NCBI GenBank assembly: GCA_018222985.1
Contig: JAAEZG010000010.1
Coordinates: 16,822-80,821, forward strand
Reading direction: 5' to 3'
DNA: 64,000 nt
Source of the DNA: Gammaproteobacteria bacterium
Lineage (GTDB): Bacteria; Pseudomonadota; Gammaproteobacteria; Enterobacterales; Alteromonadaceae
The notes under the pieces were generated by a model that ran no database searches, was not told the DNA's origin, and worked only from the letters and a program-made list of their open reading frames with translations. Made by a program: the position numbers and the translations under genes. Below are positions 9,250 through 23,035 of this stretch, piece by piece (within the stretch, counting starts at the first letter, position 1; each line of letters begins with the position of its first letter).

Positions 9250-9378
9250 GAGCGCTATTAGCTGTTAGATATTGGATATTAGATCGTAATATCAAACTTT
9301 GGTTAATAGCGCACTTTTCCTTGCCCATTAAAATTCTCCCGTCCGCCAATATCCAATAGCTGATAGCTGATATCGTCC
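9250..9378. repeat. Imperfect inverted pair of 33-bp heptamer-based arms
   Basis: Arm at 9250-9282 (gagcgctattagctgttagatattggatattag) and reverse-oriented arm at 9346-9378; same family as 29851-30076. Confidence 0.8.
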
Positions 9379-9406
9379 TTGCTTTTCCCAGTCAAAAGTG
9401 TATAAT
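9379..9406 (+). promoter_or_regulatory. S10 operon sigma70 promoter
   Basis: TTGCTT-N16-TATAAT followed by GC-rich discriminator TCGCGGCC. Confidence 0.8.
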
Positions 9407-9412
9407 TCGCGG

Positions 9413-9898
<486 letters not shown>

Positions 9899-9936
9899 GC
9901 GGGCAGTAATAGGATTACACACGAGAGGTTTTAACA

Positions 9937-10581
9937 ATGGCTATTGGTCTAGTCGGTCGTAAAGTAGGAATGACTCGCGTCTTCCAAGAAGACGGCGCTT
10001 CTGTACCTGTTACTGTGATCGAAGTGACAGCAAACCGTGTGACTCAGGTAAAAACTGAGGAAACTGACGGTTACCGCGCGCTTCAAGTGACCGCAGGTAC
10101 TAAAAAAGCAAACCGCGTTACTAAACCACTTGCTGGTCACTTCGCGAAAGCGGGTGTCGAAGCAGGTCGCGGTCTCTGGGAATTCCGCCTAGAGAACGGT
10201 GAAGGTGAAGACTACGCAGTGGGTTCAGAAATCACTGTAGAAATTTTCGCAGACACCAAAAAAGTAGACGTTACCGGTACCTCAAAAGGTAAAGGTTTCC
10301 AAGGTGCTGTTAAGCGCTGGAATTTCCGTACTCAGGACGCTACCCATGGTAACTCGTTGTCGCATCGCGCGCCGGGTTCTATCGGTCAGAACCAGTCTCC
10401 TGGTCGGGTATTCAAAGGCAAAAAGATGGCAGGTCAGATGGGTAACAAGCAAATTACTGTACAAACGCTTGACGTTGTACGTGTAGACGCAGAGCGTGGC
10501 TTGTTGTTGATCCGTGGCGCTGTCCCTGGTGCTATTGGCGGCGATGTAATCGTTAAGCCAGCAGTCAAGGCTAAGGCGTAA
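9937..10581 (+). CDS. rplC: 50S ribosomal protein L3
   Basis: [13 protein letters not shown]; [15 protein letters not shown]. Confidence 0.99.
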   Translation: MAIGLVGRKVGMTRVFQEDGASVPVTVIEVTANRVTQVKTEETDGYRALQVTAGTKKANRVTKPLAGHFAKAGVEAGRGLWEFRLENGEGEDYAVGSEITVEIFADTKKVDVTGTSKGKGFQGAVKRWNFRTQDATHGNSLSHRAPGSIGQNQSPGRVFKGKKMAGQMGNKQITVQTLDVVRVDAERGLLLIRGAVPGAIGGDVIVKPAVKAKA

Positions 10582-10599
10582 CGTCTGAGGAGAATGGTG

Positions 10600-11205
10600 A
10601 TGGAATTAACATTAAAAGACGCAAAAGGCGCTCTTGAAGTTTCCGAAGCTACCTTTGGACGTGAGTTCAACGAAGCTCTGATTCATCAGGTAGTCGTTGC
10701 TTATGCTGCAGGCGCTCGTCAGGGCACCAAAGCACAAAAGACGCGTTCTGAAGTATCTGGCGGTGGCAAAAAGCCATGGCGTCAGAAGGGTACTGGCCGC
10801 GCTCGCGCAGGTACTATCCGTAGCCCAATTTGGCGCTCTGGTGGTACTACGTTTGCAGCGAAACCACGCAGCCACGACCAAAAAGTAAACAAGAAAATGT
10901 ACCGCGGTGCAATGAAAAGCATCTTGTCTGAACTTGTTCGTCAAGATCGTTTAATCGTGGTCGAGAAGTTTGGTGTTGAAGCACCAAAAACTAAAGCTTT
11001 AGCTGCACAACTTAAGTCTATGGATTTGAACGACGTTCTTATCGTGACTAAAGAAGTGGACGAGAACTTGTTCTTAGCGGCGCGTAACTTGCACAAAGTT
11101 GACGTACGTGACGTTCAAGGCCTTGACCCAGTTAGCTTGATTGCTTTTGAAAAAGTTTTGATGACTGCTGACGCAGTGAAGCAAATCGAGGAGGTATTAT
11201 CATGA
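10600..11205 (+). CDS. rplD: 50S ribosomal protein L4
   Basis: [15 protein letters not shown]; start chosen from GAGGAG spacing. Confidence 0.99.
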   Translation: MELTLKDAKGALEVSEATFGREFNEALIHQVVVAYAAGARQGTKAQKTRSEVSGGGKKPWRQKGTGRARAGTIRSPIWRSGGTTFAAKPRSHDQKVNKKMYRGAMKSILSELVRQDRLIVVEKFGVEAPKTKALAAQLKSMDLNDVLIVTKEVDENLFLAARNLHKVDVRDVQGLDPVSLIAFEKVLMTADAVKQIEEVLS

Positions 11206-11504
11206 TGCGCGAAGAACGTTTGCTGACTGTAATTCTGGCTCCTCACGTTTCTGAAAAGTCTACTACGACTGCAGAAACTGCTAACACTGTCGTGTTCAAA
11301 GTAGCGAAAGACGCAACTAAACCACAAATTAAAGCAGCGGTAGAAAAGTTGTTTGAAGTTGAGGTTGAAGGCGTTCGCACTGTGAACGTAAAAGGCAAAA
11401 CCAAACGTACCGGCGCTCGCTTCGGTAAGCGTAGTGACTGGAAAAAAGCGTATGTCACACTGAAAGAAGGTGCGGACATCGACTTCGTCGGCGGCGCTGA
11501 GTAA
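11202..11504 (+). CDS. rplW: 50S ribosomal protein L23
   Basis: APHVSEKST; WKKAYVTL. Confidence 0.99.
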   Translation: MMREERLLTVILAPHVSEKSTTTAETANTVVFKVAKDATKPQIKAAVEKLFEVEVEGVRTVNVKGKTKRTGARFGKRSDWKKAYVTLKEGADIDFVGGAE

Positions 11505-11518
11505 CAGGAGGAATTCAC

Positions 11519-12343
11519 ATGGCATTAGTTAAGTGTAAGCCTACGTCTCCAGGTCGTCGCCACGTTGTTAAAGTGGTTAACGAAGACCTGTACAAAGGTA
11601 AGCCTTACGCCCCATTGTTGGATAAAAACAACAAAAAAGGCGGTCGTAACAATAATGGTCGTATTACTGTTCGTCACATCGGCGGTGGTCACAAGCATCA
11701 CTACCGCATGGTCGACTTTAAACGCGACAAAGACGGTATCCCAGCGAAAGTTGAGCGTTTGGAATATGATCCAAACCGTTCAGCGAACATCGCTTTGGTT
11801 CTGTATGCAGACGGCGAGCGTCGCTACATTCTTGCCCCTAAAGGCATGAAAGCTGGCGATCAAGTTCAGTCTGGTTCAGATGCACCGATTAAGAGCGGTA
11901 ACGCATTACCTCTGCGTAATATTCCAGTAGGTTCTGTTATTCACGCTATCGAAATGAAGCCTGGTAAAGGTGCTCAGTTGGCTCGTTCAGCTGGTGCGTC
12001 AGTGCAGCTTCTAGCTCGTGACGGCGCGTACGTAACTGTACGTCTTCGTTCTGGCGAGATGCGTCGCATCCAGTCGGATTGCCGTGCAACCATCGGTGAA
12101 GTTGGTAACGCAGAGCACATGCTGCGTCAATTGGGTAAAGCTGGTGCAACGCGCTGGCGTGGTGTTCGTCCTACCGTTCGTGGTGTGGCGATGAACCCAG
12201 TTGATCACCCACACGGTGGTGGTGAAGGTCGTACTTCTGGTGGCCGTCATCCGGTTACTCCATGGGGTACTCCGACTAAGGGTTATAAGACCCGTAAGAA
12301 CAAGCGTACTGATAAATTCATCGTACGTCGTCGCAACAAATAA
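11519..12343 (+). CDS. rplB: 50S ribosomal protein L2
   Basis: [14 protein letters not shown]; [13 protein letters not shown]. Confidence 0.99.
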   Translation: MALVKCKPTSPGRRHVVKVVNEDLYKGKPYAPLLDKNNKKGGRNNNGRITVRHIGGGHKHHYRMVDFKRDKDGIPAKVERLEYDPNRSANIALVLYADGERRYILAPKGMKAGDQVQSGSDAPIKSGNALPLRNIPVGSVIHAIEMKPGKGAQLARSAGASVQLLARDGAYVTVRLRSGEMRRIQSDCRATIGEVGNAEHMLRQLGKAGATRWRGVRPTVRGVAMNPVDHPHGGGEGRTSGGRHPVTPWGTPTKGYKTRKNKRTDKFIVRRRNK

Positions 12344-12359
12344 GAGTTGAGGATTAGAC

Positions 12360-12638
12360 ATGCCACGTTCTCTTAAAAAAGGTCCATTTATCGACCTTCA
12401 CCTACTGAACAAGGTGGAGAAAGCGTTGGAAGCCGGGGACAAGAAGCCAATTAAAACTTGGTCCCGTCGTTCAATGATTATCCCTGATATGATCGGCCTA
12501 ACTATCGCTGTTCATAACGGTCGCCAGCACGTGCCAGTATTCGTTTCTGACGAAATGATTGGTCACAAGCTTGGTGAATTCGCACCAACCCGCACTTATC
12601 GTGGCCACGCCGCTGATAAGAAAGCGAAGAAACGCTAA
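12360..12638 (+). CDS. rpsS: 30S ribosomal protein S19
   Basis: [10 protein letters not shown]; [11 protein letters not shown]. Confidence 0.99.
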   Translation: MPRSLKKGPFIDLHLLNKVEKALEAGDKKPIKTWSRRSMIIPDMIGLTIAVHNGRQHVPVFVSDEMIGHKLGEFAPTRTYRGHAADKKAKKR

Positions 12639-12650
12639 GGGAGACATGAG

Positions 12651-12983
12651 ATGGAAGCTATTGCTATTCACAAGTTTGCCAAGCTTTCTGCGCAAAAAGG
12701 GCGTTTGGTAGCGGATCAGATTCGCGGTTTACCAGTTGCGAAAGCACTGGATATTCTGAACTACAGCCCTAAAGATGCAGCTGTGCTGCTGAAAAAGGTG
12801 TTGGAGTCAGCTATCGCGAATGCTGAACACAACGAAGGTGCCGACATCGACGAGCTAAAAGTTGCAAAAGTAATGGTTGACGAAGGTCCTACCATGAAAC
12901 GCATCAAGCCTCGTGCGAAAGGTCGTGCTGATCGTATCTTTAAGCGTACCAGCCACATTACTGTGGTTGTATCAGATAGCTAG
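12651..12983 (+). CDS. rplV: 50S ribosomal protein L22
   Basis: [14 protein letters not shown]; PRAKGRA. Confidence 0.99.
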   Translation: MEAIAIHKFAKLSAQKGRLVADQIRGLPVAKALDILNYSPKDAAVLLKKVLESAIANAEHNEGADIDELKVAKVMVDEGPTMKRIKPRAKGRADRIFKRTSHITVVVSDS

Positions 12984-12993
12984 GAGATAAATT

Positions 12994-13683
12994 ATGGGTC
13001 AGAAAGTTCATCCTAATGGTATTCGCCTAGGTATCACCAGACCATGGAATTCAACCTGGTTCGCGAATACAAAAGATTTTGCTGATAACCTGCACAGCGA
13101 CCATTTGGTACGTAAGATGTTGAACAAGCAACTGGCAAGTGCGTCAGTTTCACGTATCGTCATCGAGCGTCCTGCGAAGAGCATCCGCGTTACTATCCAC
13201 ACTGCACGTCCAGGTGTTGTGATTGGTAAGAAAGGCGAAGACGTTGAGAAATTGCGTCAAGCAGTTTCTAAACTGACTGGTGTTCCTGCGCAAATCAACA
13301 TCTCAGAAGTGCGTAAGCCTGAGCTTGACGCGCAACTAGTTGCTGAAAACATCGCTGGCCAGTTAGAGCGCCGTGTTATGTTCCGTCGCGCTATGAAGCG
13401 TGCGGTACAGAACGCAATGCGTCTTGGCGCCAAAGGTATCAAAGTAGAAGTTAGCGGCCGTTTAGGCGGCGCGGAAATCGCACGTACCGAATGGTACCGC
13501 GAAGGTCGTGTTCCATTGCACACATTGCGTGCGGATATCGATTATTCAACCGCTGAAGCAAATACTACTTACGGTATCATTGGTATCAAAGTATGGATCT
13601 TCAAAGGCGAAGTTCTAGGCGGTATGCCAGTTGCTGAAGAAAAACCAGCAGCTCCAGCAAAACGCCCTAAAGGCCGTAAGTAA
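12994..13683 (+). CDS. rpsC: 30S ribosomal protein S3
   Basis: [13 protein letters not shown]; [14 protein letters not shown]. Confidence 0.99.
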   Translation: MGQKVHPNGIRLGITRPWNSTWFANTKDFADNLHSDHLVRKMLNKQLASASVSRIVIERPAKSIRVTIHTARPGVVIGKKGEDVEKLRQAVSKLTGVPAQINISEVRKPELDAQLVAENIAGQLERRVMFRRAMKRAVQNAMRLGAKGIKVEVSGRLGGAEIARTEWYREGRVPLHTLRADIDYSTAEANTTYGIIGIKVWIFKGEVLGGMPVAEEKPAAPAKRPKGRK

Positions 13684-13694
13684 GGAGATACGAA

Positions 13695-14108
13695 ATGTTA
13701 CAACCAAAGCGTACGAAATTCCGTAAGGTACACAAGGGCCGTAACCGCGGCTTGGCGCAATCAGGTAACAAAGTTAGCTTCGGTACTTTCGGTTTGAAAT
13801 CGGTTGAGCGCGGTCGTATGACTGCTCGCCAAATCGAAGCAGCTCGTCGTGCCATGACGCGTCACGTGAAACGTCAAGGTAAGATCTGGATCCGCGTATT
13901 CCCTGATAAGCCAATTACTCAGAAGCCTCTAGAAGTGCGTATGGGTAAAGGTAAAGGTAGCGTGGAATACTGGGTAGCTCAGATTCAGCCAGGTCGTGTC
14001 CTGTATGAAATGGACGGTGTTTCGGAAGAGCTAGCGCGTGAAGCGTTTGAACTTGCGGCACGTAAGCTACCATTCAAAACCACCTTTGTGACTCGGACGG
14101 TGATGTAA
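13695..14108 (+). CDS. rplP: 50S ribosomal protein L16
   Basis: [11 protein letters not shown]; RMGKGKG. Confidence 0.99.
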   Translation: MLQPKRTKFRKVHKGRNRGLAQSGNKVSFGTFGLKSVERGRMTARQIEAARRAMTRHVKRQGKIWIRVFPDKPITQKPLEVRMGKGKGSVEYWVAQIQPGRVLYEMDGVSEELAREAFELAARKLPFKTTFVTRTVM

Positions 14109-14299
14109 TGAAAGCGAACGAACTGAAAGAAAAAACCGTTGAGCAGCTGAACGAAGAGTTGTTAGGTTTGCGTCGTGAGCAGTTTAACCTGCGCATGCAA
14201 GCAGCCACTGGTCAGCTGAATCAAACTCACATGTTGAAGCAAGTGCGTCGTGATATCGCACGTGTTAAAACTATCTTGAATCAGAAGGCAGGTGCGTAA
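14108..14299 (+). CDS. rpmC: 50S ribosomal protein L29
   Basis: MKANELKEK...[13 protein letters not shown]. Confidence 0.99.
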   Translation: MKANELKEKTVEQLNEELLGLRREQFNLRMQAATGQLNQTHMLKQVRRDIARVKTILNQKAGA

Positions 14300-14562
14300 T
14301 GGCTGAAGAAAAACGTGTCCGTACTCTGCAAGGTCGTGTTACTAGCGACAAGATGGATAAGTCTATCACTGTAGCTGTAACTCGCCGTGTAAAGCACCCG
14401 GTATACGGTAAGTACATTACCCGTACCACGAAATTACACGCACACGACGAAAACAACGAGTGTAAAACTGGCGATACCGTGATTATTCGCGAAACTCGTC
14501 CAGTATCTAAGACTAAGTCTTGGGCATTAGTTGAGATTGTAGAGCGCGCGTTAGTTATTTAA
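14299..14562 (+). CDS. rpsQ: 30S ribosomal protein S17
   Basis: [16 protein letters not shown]; [11 protein letters not shown]. Confidence 0.99.
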   Translation: MAEEKRVRTLQGRVTSDKMDKSITVAVTRRVKHPVYGKYITRTTKLHAHDENNECKTGDTVIIRETRPVSKTKSWALVEIVERALVI

Positions 14563-14608
14563 GGTATCTAATCGCCTCGCGATTTTGATGCAACTTAACG
14601 TGATGATG

Positions 14609-14639
14609 AAACGGCTTCCTTCGGGAGGCCGTTTTTTTT
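14609..14639 (+). terminator. S10 operon terminator
   Basis: AAACGGCTTCC-TTCG-GGAGGCCGTTT followed by a T run. Confidence 0.95.
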
Positions 14640-14712
14640 GCGATTAACAAGGAAAGTCACAATGCTTTGGCTATAATAAACAGAACTTTTGTAATCTAGC
14701 CAAGGACATACC

Positions 14713-16683
14713 ATGACTGAGAATACAGCTCCAGCCAAATTAAACCCGCCGGTGTTTTACAGTGCTGCCGGTTTAATTGTGATAATTCTTGCTTTCGCAG
14801 CGTTAGCTCCCACCACCGCAGATGCTTGGTTTCAAGCTATTCAATCAGCAATTATCACCAACGCCAGTTGGTTTTATGTGCTTGCAGTGGCGGTTATTTT
14901 GCTGAGTGTTTTATACCTTGGTTTTTCACGTATGGGCACTATTAAACTCGGGCCCGATCATTCCGAACCTGACTACTCACGCGTAACTTGGTTCTCGATG
15001 TTGTTTTCTGCGGGGATGGGTATCGGCTTAATGTTTTTCGGCGTGGCCGAGCCGGTCATGCACTTTTTGGCACCGCCGGTGGCCGAAGCTGGGTCGGTGG
15101 ACGCTGCACGAGAAGCAATGAAGATCACCTTCTTCCACTGGGGACTTCATGCTTGGGCTATTTACGCCATTGTGGCACTTATTCTTGCATTTTTTGCTTA
15201 TCGTCATGGCCTGCCGTTAACGCTGCGTTCAGCGTTGTACCCCATGATTGGTGACCGAATTTATGGTCCTATTGGTCATGTAGTCGATGTATTTGCCGTT
15301 ATTGGTACGGTATTTGGTGTGGCAACGTCATTGGGTTACGGGGTAACACAAATCAATGCCGGTATTAACTACTTGTTTGATATTCCAGTGTCAGATACCG
15401 TACAAATCGTGCTTATTATCGGGGTAACCTTACTGGCTGTTATTTCGGTAACAACCGGCTTAGACAAAGGCATACGCCGATTGTCAGAACTAAACATGAT
15501 ACTTGCCGTATTGTTGCTCGTATTCGTCTTGCTATTAGGGCCAACAGTATTTTTGCTACAAGCATTCGTGCAAAATACCGGTGCTTATGTATCGGAAATA
15601 GTGGGCAACACATTTAATTTGTTTGCCTATGAAAAAACCGACTGGATTGGTGGTTGGACAGTATTTTACTGGGGCTGGTGGTTAAGCTGGGCACCTTTTG
15701 TTGGGTTGTTTATTGCACGCGTATCACGTGGCCGAACCATTCGTGAGTTTGTGCTTGGTGTTTTACTGGTGCCAGCTGGTTTCACTTTAATGTGGATGAC
15801 ATTCTTTGGTAACTCAGCCATTGAGTTAATTTTAAACCAAGGCGTGACGTCGTTAGGTGAAATGGTTCAAAACGATGTGCCTATCGCTCTGTTTGCCTTC
15901 TTAGAGCAATTCCCCTGGAGTAGTTTCTTAAGCGTTGTCGCTACGTTAATGGTGGTGGTGTTTTTTGTTACCTCGTCAGACTCCGGTTCTATGGTGGTCG
16001 ACATGCTCTGCTCGAATGGTCGTGATGATACGCCAGTTTGGCAGCGCATTTTCTGGGCCAGCGGTGAGGGCCTCGTGGCCATTGTGTTGCTGCTTGCCGG
16101 TGGGCTTGGAGCATTACAAACCATGACCATTGCCAGTGCCTTACCCTTTACTATTATTCTTATGATTGCAACGTATGGGTTGATCCGCGCACTACGCGTT
16201 GACGTTCATAAGAAAGATACTTTACAGAATAACTATTTAACGGCGTCGTCTTCGAGCAATAAGAACTGGCGTGAACGCCTCCATAATATTATTGATTTCC
16301 CGAGTAAGTCGGTGGGTCAACGTTTCTTGTTGCAAGTAGTACAGCCCGCATTTGATGATGTTGCCGAAGAAATGCGCGGTAGTGGGTTAACCGTTGATCT
16401 AGAAATTGACGACAAAGATAAAAAGACGTTCCGAGTTATTCACGGTGATGAAATAGACTTTATTTACCAAGTGCATCTAGCGTCGCATATTCAGCCTGCG
16501 TTTATTCATGCCGAGGCTGACACAACTGACGCCCCAGAGGAGCAGAAGTATTACCGCGCCGAGGTGCATTTGCGTGAAGGCGGTCAAGACTACGATATTC
16601 TCGGCTGGTCGCGTGATGCGGTTATCGGCGACATTATTGACCATTACCACAAACATATGCATTTTCTGCACGTGTTGCGTTAA
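14713..16683 (+). CDS. betT: BCCT family (choline/betaine) transporter, BetT-like with long C-terminal domain
   Basis: WFSMLFSAGMGIGLMFFGVAEP, HWGLHAW, WTVFYWGWWLSWAPFVG, SRGRTIREF; the substrate is not determined. Confidence 0.85.
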   Translation: MTENTAPAKLNPPVFYSAAGLIVIILAFAALAPTTADAWFQAIQSAIITNASWFYVLAVAVILLSVLYLGFSRMGTIKLGPDHSEPDYSRVTWFSMLFSAGMGIGLMFFGVAEPVMHFLAPPVAEAGSVDAAREAMKITFFHWGLHAWAIYAIVALILAFFAYRHGLPLTLRSALYPMIGDRIYGPIGHVVDVFAVIGTVFGVATSLGYGVTQINAGINYLFDIPVSDTVQIVLIIGVTLLAVISVTTGLDKGIRRLSELNMILAVLLLVFVLLLGPTVFLLQAFVQNTGAYVSEIVGNTFNLFAYEKTDWIGGWTVFYWGWWLSWAPFVGLFIARVSRGRTIREFVLGVLLVPAGFTLMWMTFFGNSAIELILNQGVTSLGEMVQNDVPIALFAFLEQFPWSSFLSVVATLMVVVFFVTSSDSGSMVVDMLCSNGRDDTPVWQRIFWASGEGLVAIVLLLAGGLGALQTMTIASALPFTIILMIATYGLIRALRVDVHKKDTLQNNYLTASSSSNKNWRERLHNIIDFPSKSVGQRFLLQVVQPAFDDVAEEMRGSGLTVDLEIDDKDKKTFRVIHGDEIDFIYQVHLASHIQPAFIHAEADTTDAPEEQKYYRAEVHLREGGQDYDILGWSRDAVIGDIIDHYHKHMHFLHVLR

Positions 16684-16695
16684 GGAGAACAAAAA

Positions 16696-18060
16696 ATGGT
16701 GAAGTTAACTCTGGTAGCAGCAGCGGTGGCGGCAAGCTTAACAGCGTTGCCAGCTTATAGCCAAGATGCGACAACCACTGAGCAAGAGCTAAAGGTGTTG
16801 TTGGAACAGGTAGAAGCACTGAAGCAGCGTATTGTTGATCTTGAGAATAAAATTGCGGAACAACCGGCTAAGCAAAGCCTAGCAAGCGCGCAAGAGGCCG
16901 ACGCCAATGACGAGATTGCGCCTCGTCGACAGGTAAAAGGCCATGCACTGGCGGCGCGTGTTGAACGCTTAGAAGAAGACGTGCAGGAAGCTAAAAACGA
17001 CCCGGTTCGTATTGGAGGCGCGGTGCGTACACAGTATGTATGGGAAGATTACAATGACCCATTAAAAGACCGCGGCGGTGATTTTGATTTTGATTTAGTT
17101 CGAATAGATTACAGCGGACAAATTGGCGATGTGATTTTATCGGCGCAGTATCGTTGGTTCCAATACATGGATGTAGTTCAGCACGCTTGGGTAGGCTACA
17201 ACTTTACCGAGAACTGGCAGGGGCAATTAGGGGTAACCAAGGTACCCTTCGGTAACACGCCTTATAACTCCAATAGTTACTTTTTTAGTTCAAACTTTTA
17301 TGTCGGTCTTGAAGACGACCACGATCTTGGTGCCAAAATGCGTTATCGCGACGATAATTGGGACTTCGATGTGGCGTTTTTCAAGTCGGACGAATTAGGC
17401 GGGGCCGATAGTTTAGCCACCAGTAAAGCCGACCGATATGCGTATGATGCAGTGGGTGTGCGCTTGAGCGGCGAGGGTTTGTACGACACGCCGGTGGCAC
17501 TCGCTGCTGAGACCAATAGCTGGGCACTGCGCGGTGTACGTAAATGGACCCTCAATGATCATAGCTCCGCAGAACTCGGTGCCAGTGTGCAGTGGGGCGA
17601 CATGAACGACGGCGTCGATACGGTTGGCGATCGCACCGCATGGGCCGTACACGGCGTATATAACTATGATCAATGGACCTTTATGGGCCAGGTAACCGAG
17701 TACGACTACAATCTCGACCTTGCCAACCAAGGCCTAGTGGTAGGCGCTTATGCGTATTACGACACGATACCAACCAAAGCGCGTTTGTATTCAGCAAATA
17801 TCGCCTACAGCATGCCGGTTAAAATTGGACCAATCACCAATTTAACGTTCTACAATGACTTCAGTTTGATGACGGATAAGCGTTTGTATGATGAAGAAAC
17901 ATTGATGAATGTGCTGGGTGTCGCTGTGTCTGCTGGGGGCTTGTACACTTATTTTGATTGGGTTACGGCACGTAACCAACCTTTTGTTGGTGGCTCTATG
18001 AGCGGCGAGGCAAAGGACACCAACACACGGTTTAACATCAATATTGGCTATTATTTTTAA
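16696..18060 (+). CDS. Putative outer-membrane porin with N-terminal coiled coil
   Basis: Signal peptide, coiled-coil segment, amphipathic beta strands, C-terminal NINIGYYF. Confidence 0.8.
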   Translation: MVKLTLVAAAVAASLTALPAYSQDATTTEQELKVLLEQVEALKQRIVDLENKIAEQPAKQSLASAQEADANDEIAPRRQVKGHALAARVERLEEDVQEAKNDPVRIGGAVRTQYVWEDYNDPLKDRGGDFDFDLVRIDYSGQIGDVILSAQYRWFQYMDVVQHAWVGYNFTENWQGQLGVTKVPFGNTPYNSNSYFFSSNFYVGLEDDHDLGAKMRYRDDNWDFDVAFFKSDELGGADSLATSKADRYAYDAVGVRLSGEGLYDTPVALAAETNSWALRGVRKWTLNDHSSAELGASVQWGDMNDGVDTVGDRTAWAVHGVYNYDQWTFMGQVTEYDYNLDLANQGLVVGAYAYYDTIPTKARLYSANIAYSMPVKIGPITNLTFYNDFSLMTDKRLYDEETLMNVLGVAVSAGGLYTYFDWVTARNQPFVGGSMSGEAKDTNTRFNINIGYYF

Positions 18061-18084
18061 GCAAAAATGAGTACAGTGACCTTA

Positions 18085-20135
<2,051 letters not shown>

Positions 20136-20136
20136 T

Positions 20137-20961
20137 ATGACTGCGAGTTACGATTTACATTGTCATAGCCATTTCTCAGATGGCGTGCTTAGCCCCCAAG
20201 AGTTGGTGCAGCGCGCGGTTGAAAATGGCGTCACCCATTTAGCGCTTACTGATCACGACTCAGTTGCGGGGCTTGAGCATGCGCAAGCGGCAATCGCCGC
20301 TGAAGATTTGCCGTTAACACTCATCAACGGAACGGAAATAACCTGTAGCTGGGAGCAGTTTGAAATTCATGTTGTCGGCCTCAACTTTGACGACCAAGCA
20401 GTGGCTATTCAAGAGCTATTGAAGTCACAGCAAGACAAACGTCGGGCGCGTTATCAGGCTATGGTTGAAAAGCTGCATCAAGCCGGCATAACGGTTCAGC
20501 CACCAATGGCCCAAGAAATGACCATGCCAACGCGTAAACATTTGGCTGACGCGCTAGTCAGTGAGGGGTGGGTGCGTGACATTGAAACGGCGTTTCGACG
20601 TTATTTAGGCAAAGGCCAGCAAGCCTACGTGGCTACCCAATGGGCAAGCTTTGCAGTGGTTGCAGCCGCGGTGAAAGCCGCAGGAGGGGTTACTGTCATC
20701 GCTCATCCTCATGCTTACCAACTCAGCAACAAATGGTTACGGCGTTTGTTAAATGAAGCTAAAATGGACGGTATTGATGGTGTTGAGGTGGCTATTGGCG
20801 CACAGGCGCCGGGTGATCGTGAAGCGCTAGCGACTTTTGCTCAAGAACTTGGGCTTTATGCCTCTGTGGGTTCTGATTTTCACTTGCCAGGGCGGTGGCG
20901 CGAGCTGGGCAAAAACCTTTGTTTACCTGAGCGCTGTGTGCCAATATGGTCGCAGTGGTGA
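20137..20961 (+). CDS. PHP-domain phosphoesterase (YciV/TrpH/Rnm family)
   Basis: DLHCHSHFSDG, ALTDHDS, IAHP, GSDFH; precedes yciO. Confidence 0.92.
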   Translation: MTASYDLHCHSHFSDGVLSPQELVQRAVENGVTHLALTDHDSVAGLEHAQAAIAAEDLPLTLINGTEITCSWEQFEIHVVGLNFDDQAVAIQELLKSQQDKRRARYQAMVEKLHQAGITVQPPMAQEMTMPTRKHLADALVSEGWVRDIETAFRRYLGKGQQAYVATQWASFAVVAAAVKAAGGVTVIAHPHAYQLSNKWLRRLLNEAKMDGIDGVEVAIGAQAPGDREALATFAQELGLYASVGSDFHLPGRWRELGKNLCLPERCVPIWSQW

Positions 20962-21003
20962 GTTGAAACAGCAAGATAACTTTTAAGCCAATATGAAGAG
21001 TCT

Positions 21004-21630
21004 ATGAGCCAATATTTTAATGTGCATTCGGAAACCCCTCAAAAACGCCTTATTCAACAGGCGGCCGATATTATTTTGCGGGGTGGCGTGGTGGTTTACC
21101 CGACTGACTCAGGCTATGCCATTGGTTGTCGCATAGGTGAAAAAAATGCGATGGAGCGAATTTGCCGAATTCGTAACATTGATAAAGACCATAATTTCAC
21201 GCTAATGTGCCGCGATTTATCGGAGTTATCGACGTACGCGCGGGTAGACAATCAAGCTTTTCGGCTGTTAAAAAATAACACCCCAGGTGCGTATACCTTT
21301 ATTTTGAAGGGCACCAAAGAAGTTCCTAAACGCTTGTTAAACCCTAAGCGTAAAACTATCGGTATTCGTGTTTCAGACGACCCAATAGTCATGGCGCTAC
21401 TCGAAGCCTTAGGTGAACCGTTGATGTCGACCAGTTTAATTCTGGACGATAACGAGTTTGCCGAGTCAGACCCGCATGAAATTCGCGAGCGATTAGAGCG
21501 CCAGGTTGACTTGATTATTGATGGTGATCATCGTGGCGAAGAACAAACCACGGTGATTGATCTTGCCGATGACGAAGTGCGTGTTGCACGCCCAGGTGCG
21601 GGTGATATTTCGCCTTTTGTGGACTATTAA
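21004..21630 (+). CDS. yciO: Sua5/YciO/YrdC family protein
   Basis: VVVYPTDSGYAIGC, KRKTIGIR, LMSTS. Confidence 0.93.
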   Translation: MSQYFNVHSETPQKRLIQQAADIILRGGVVVYPTDSGYAIGCRIGEKNAMERICRIRNIDKDHNFTLMCRDLSELSTYARVDNQAFRLLKNNTPGAYTFILKGTKEVPKRLLNPKRKTIGIRVSDDPIVMALLEALGEPLMSTSLILDDNEFAESDPHEIRERLERQVDLIIDGDHRGEEQTTVIDLADDEVRVARPGAGDISPFVDY

Positions 21631-21636
21631 ATAGCG

Positions 21637-22467
21637 ATGAGTACGGCTGAGTCAGCTCCGCAGCAGCAATCCTTACCGCTAGGCTTTGTGCGTGGCGAGC
21701 CGGTTATTGATAAACCTGAAGACTTATACATTCCCCCTGATGCCCTTGAGTTAATTCTTGAGAGCTTTTCGGGGCCGATGGACTTGTTGTTGTATCTTAT
21801 TCGCCGCCAAAAAATGGAAATTGTTGACCTACCCATATTGCCGATAACCAAGCAATACATGGAATACGTCGACATGATGAAAGACTTAAAGCTAGAACTT
21901 GCCGCCGATTACTTAGTAATGGCAGCCATGTTGGCGGAAATAAAAAGCCGCATGTTGTTGCCACGCCCACCTACCGAAGATGACGAAGAAGACGACCCGC
22001 GCGCTGAGTTAGTACGCCGCTTGCAAGAGTACGAGGCTATTCGTCAAGGCGCTCAACACCTTGACGAACTGCCACAAGCAGGGCGAGATAATTTTATTGG
22101 CCATGCGCAAACCGACGCTTTGCAGTGGGTTGAACAGCAATTGCCAGAAGTTGCCTTGGCAGACTTAGCTCTTGCCTTTAGCCAAGCATTAGCCCAGGCC
22201 AAGCTACAAAACCATCACCAAGTGCAACGCGAAAAGCTTTCTACCCGTGAACGAATGAGCCGTATTTTGGACTTATTACAACATCAGCAGCGTCTGCGAT
22301 TTGCCGATTTATTTGATCCCAATGAAGGTCGGCCAGGTGTGGTGGTGAGTTTTCTAGCCATACTCGAGTTAGTGAAAGAAGCGTTAGTTGAAGTAGTTCA
22401 AGTTGACGCTTTTAGCGAAATTCATGTGATGCAACGTGAGCCTATTTATGCAGAATCAACAACTTAA
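21637..22467 (+). CDS. scpA: Segregation and condensation protein A
   Basis: FSGPMDLLLYLIRRQK, YLVMAAMLAEIKSRMLLP, VVVSFLAILEL. Confidence 0.96.
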   Translation: MSTAESAPQQQSLPLGFVRGEPVIDKPEDLYIPPDALELILESFSGPMDLLLYLIRRQKMEIVDLPILPITKQYMEYVDMMKDLKLELAADYLVMAAMLAEIKSRMLLPRPPTEDDEEDDPRAELVRRLQEYEAIRQGAQHLDELPQAGRDNFIGHAQTDALQWVEQQLPEVALADLALAFSQALAQAKLQNHHQVQREKLSTRERMSRILDLLQHQQRLRFADLFDPNEGRPGVVVSFLAILELVKEALVEVVQVDAFSEIHVMQREPIYAESTT

Positions 22468-23035
22468 ACAAGCCGTCGAGGCACTACTTTTCGTTGCCGA
22501 ACAACCGTTGAGCGAGGCGCAGCTGCTTGAGCACTTTACTAACGAAAGTATAAGCCGCAAGCAACTCAAGGACATCTTAACGGAGCTGCAAAAAGACTAT
22601 CAAGAGCGCGGTGTGCAACTGACACGTGTAGCATCAGGGTATCGTTTTCAGACGCGCGCTGAATTGGGTGGTATAATAAGCCGGTTGTGGCAAGAGAAGC
22701 CGCCGCGATATTCGCAGGCCATGCTTGAAACCCTCGCATTGATTGCCTATAGACAGCCAATTACCCGTGGCGATATTGAAGATATTCGCGGTGTAAGTGT
22801 GAGCTCGCAGATTATGAAAACGCTGCAAGAGCGAGGCTGGGTAAAGGTGGTTGGGCATCGTGAAGTACCCGGTCGGCCGCAGTTATATGCCACAACAGCT
22901 GAGTTTTTAGATTATTTTAGTTTAAGCGATTTATCCGAGTTACCTGCTATTCCAGAACCTGCTGAAAAGGCGTCGAATACAGGGCAAACCATAACCGCTG
23001 AGACAGCGACAAATGAGAGCCATGCCCATGAGTGA
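22448..23035 (+). CDS. scpB: Segregation and condensation protein B
   Basis: [44 protein letters not shown]. Confidence 0.96.
   Translation: MQNQQLKQAVEALLFVAEQPLSEAQLLEHFTNESISRKQLKDILTELQKDYQERGVQLTRVASGYRFQTRAELGGIISRLWQEKPPRYSQAMLETLALIAYRQPITRGDIEDIRGVSVSSQIMKTLQERGWVKVVGHREVPGRPQLYATTAEFLDYFSLSDLSELPAIPEPAEKASNTGQTITAETATNESHAHE

Noticed and set aside
9949-14456. Many short alternative-frame or antisense ORFs in the S10 operon
   Set aside because: Expected by-products of strong codon bias in ribosomal protein genes
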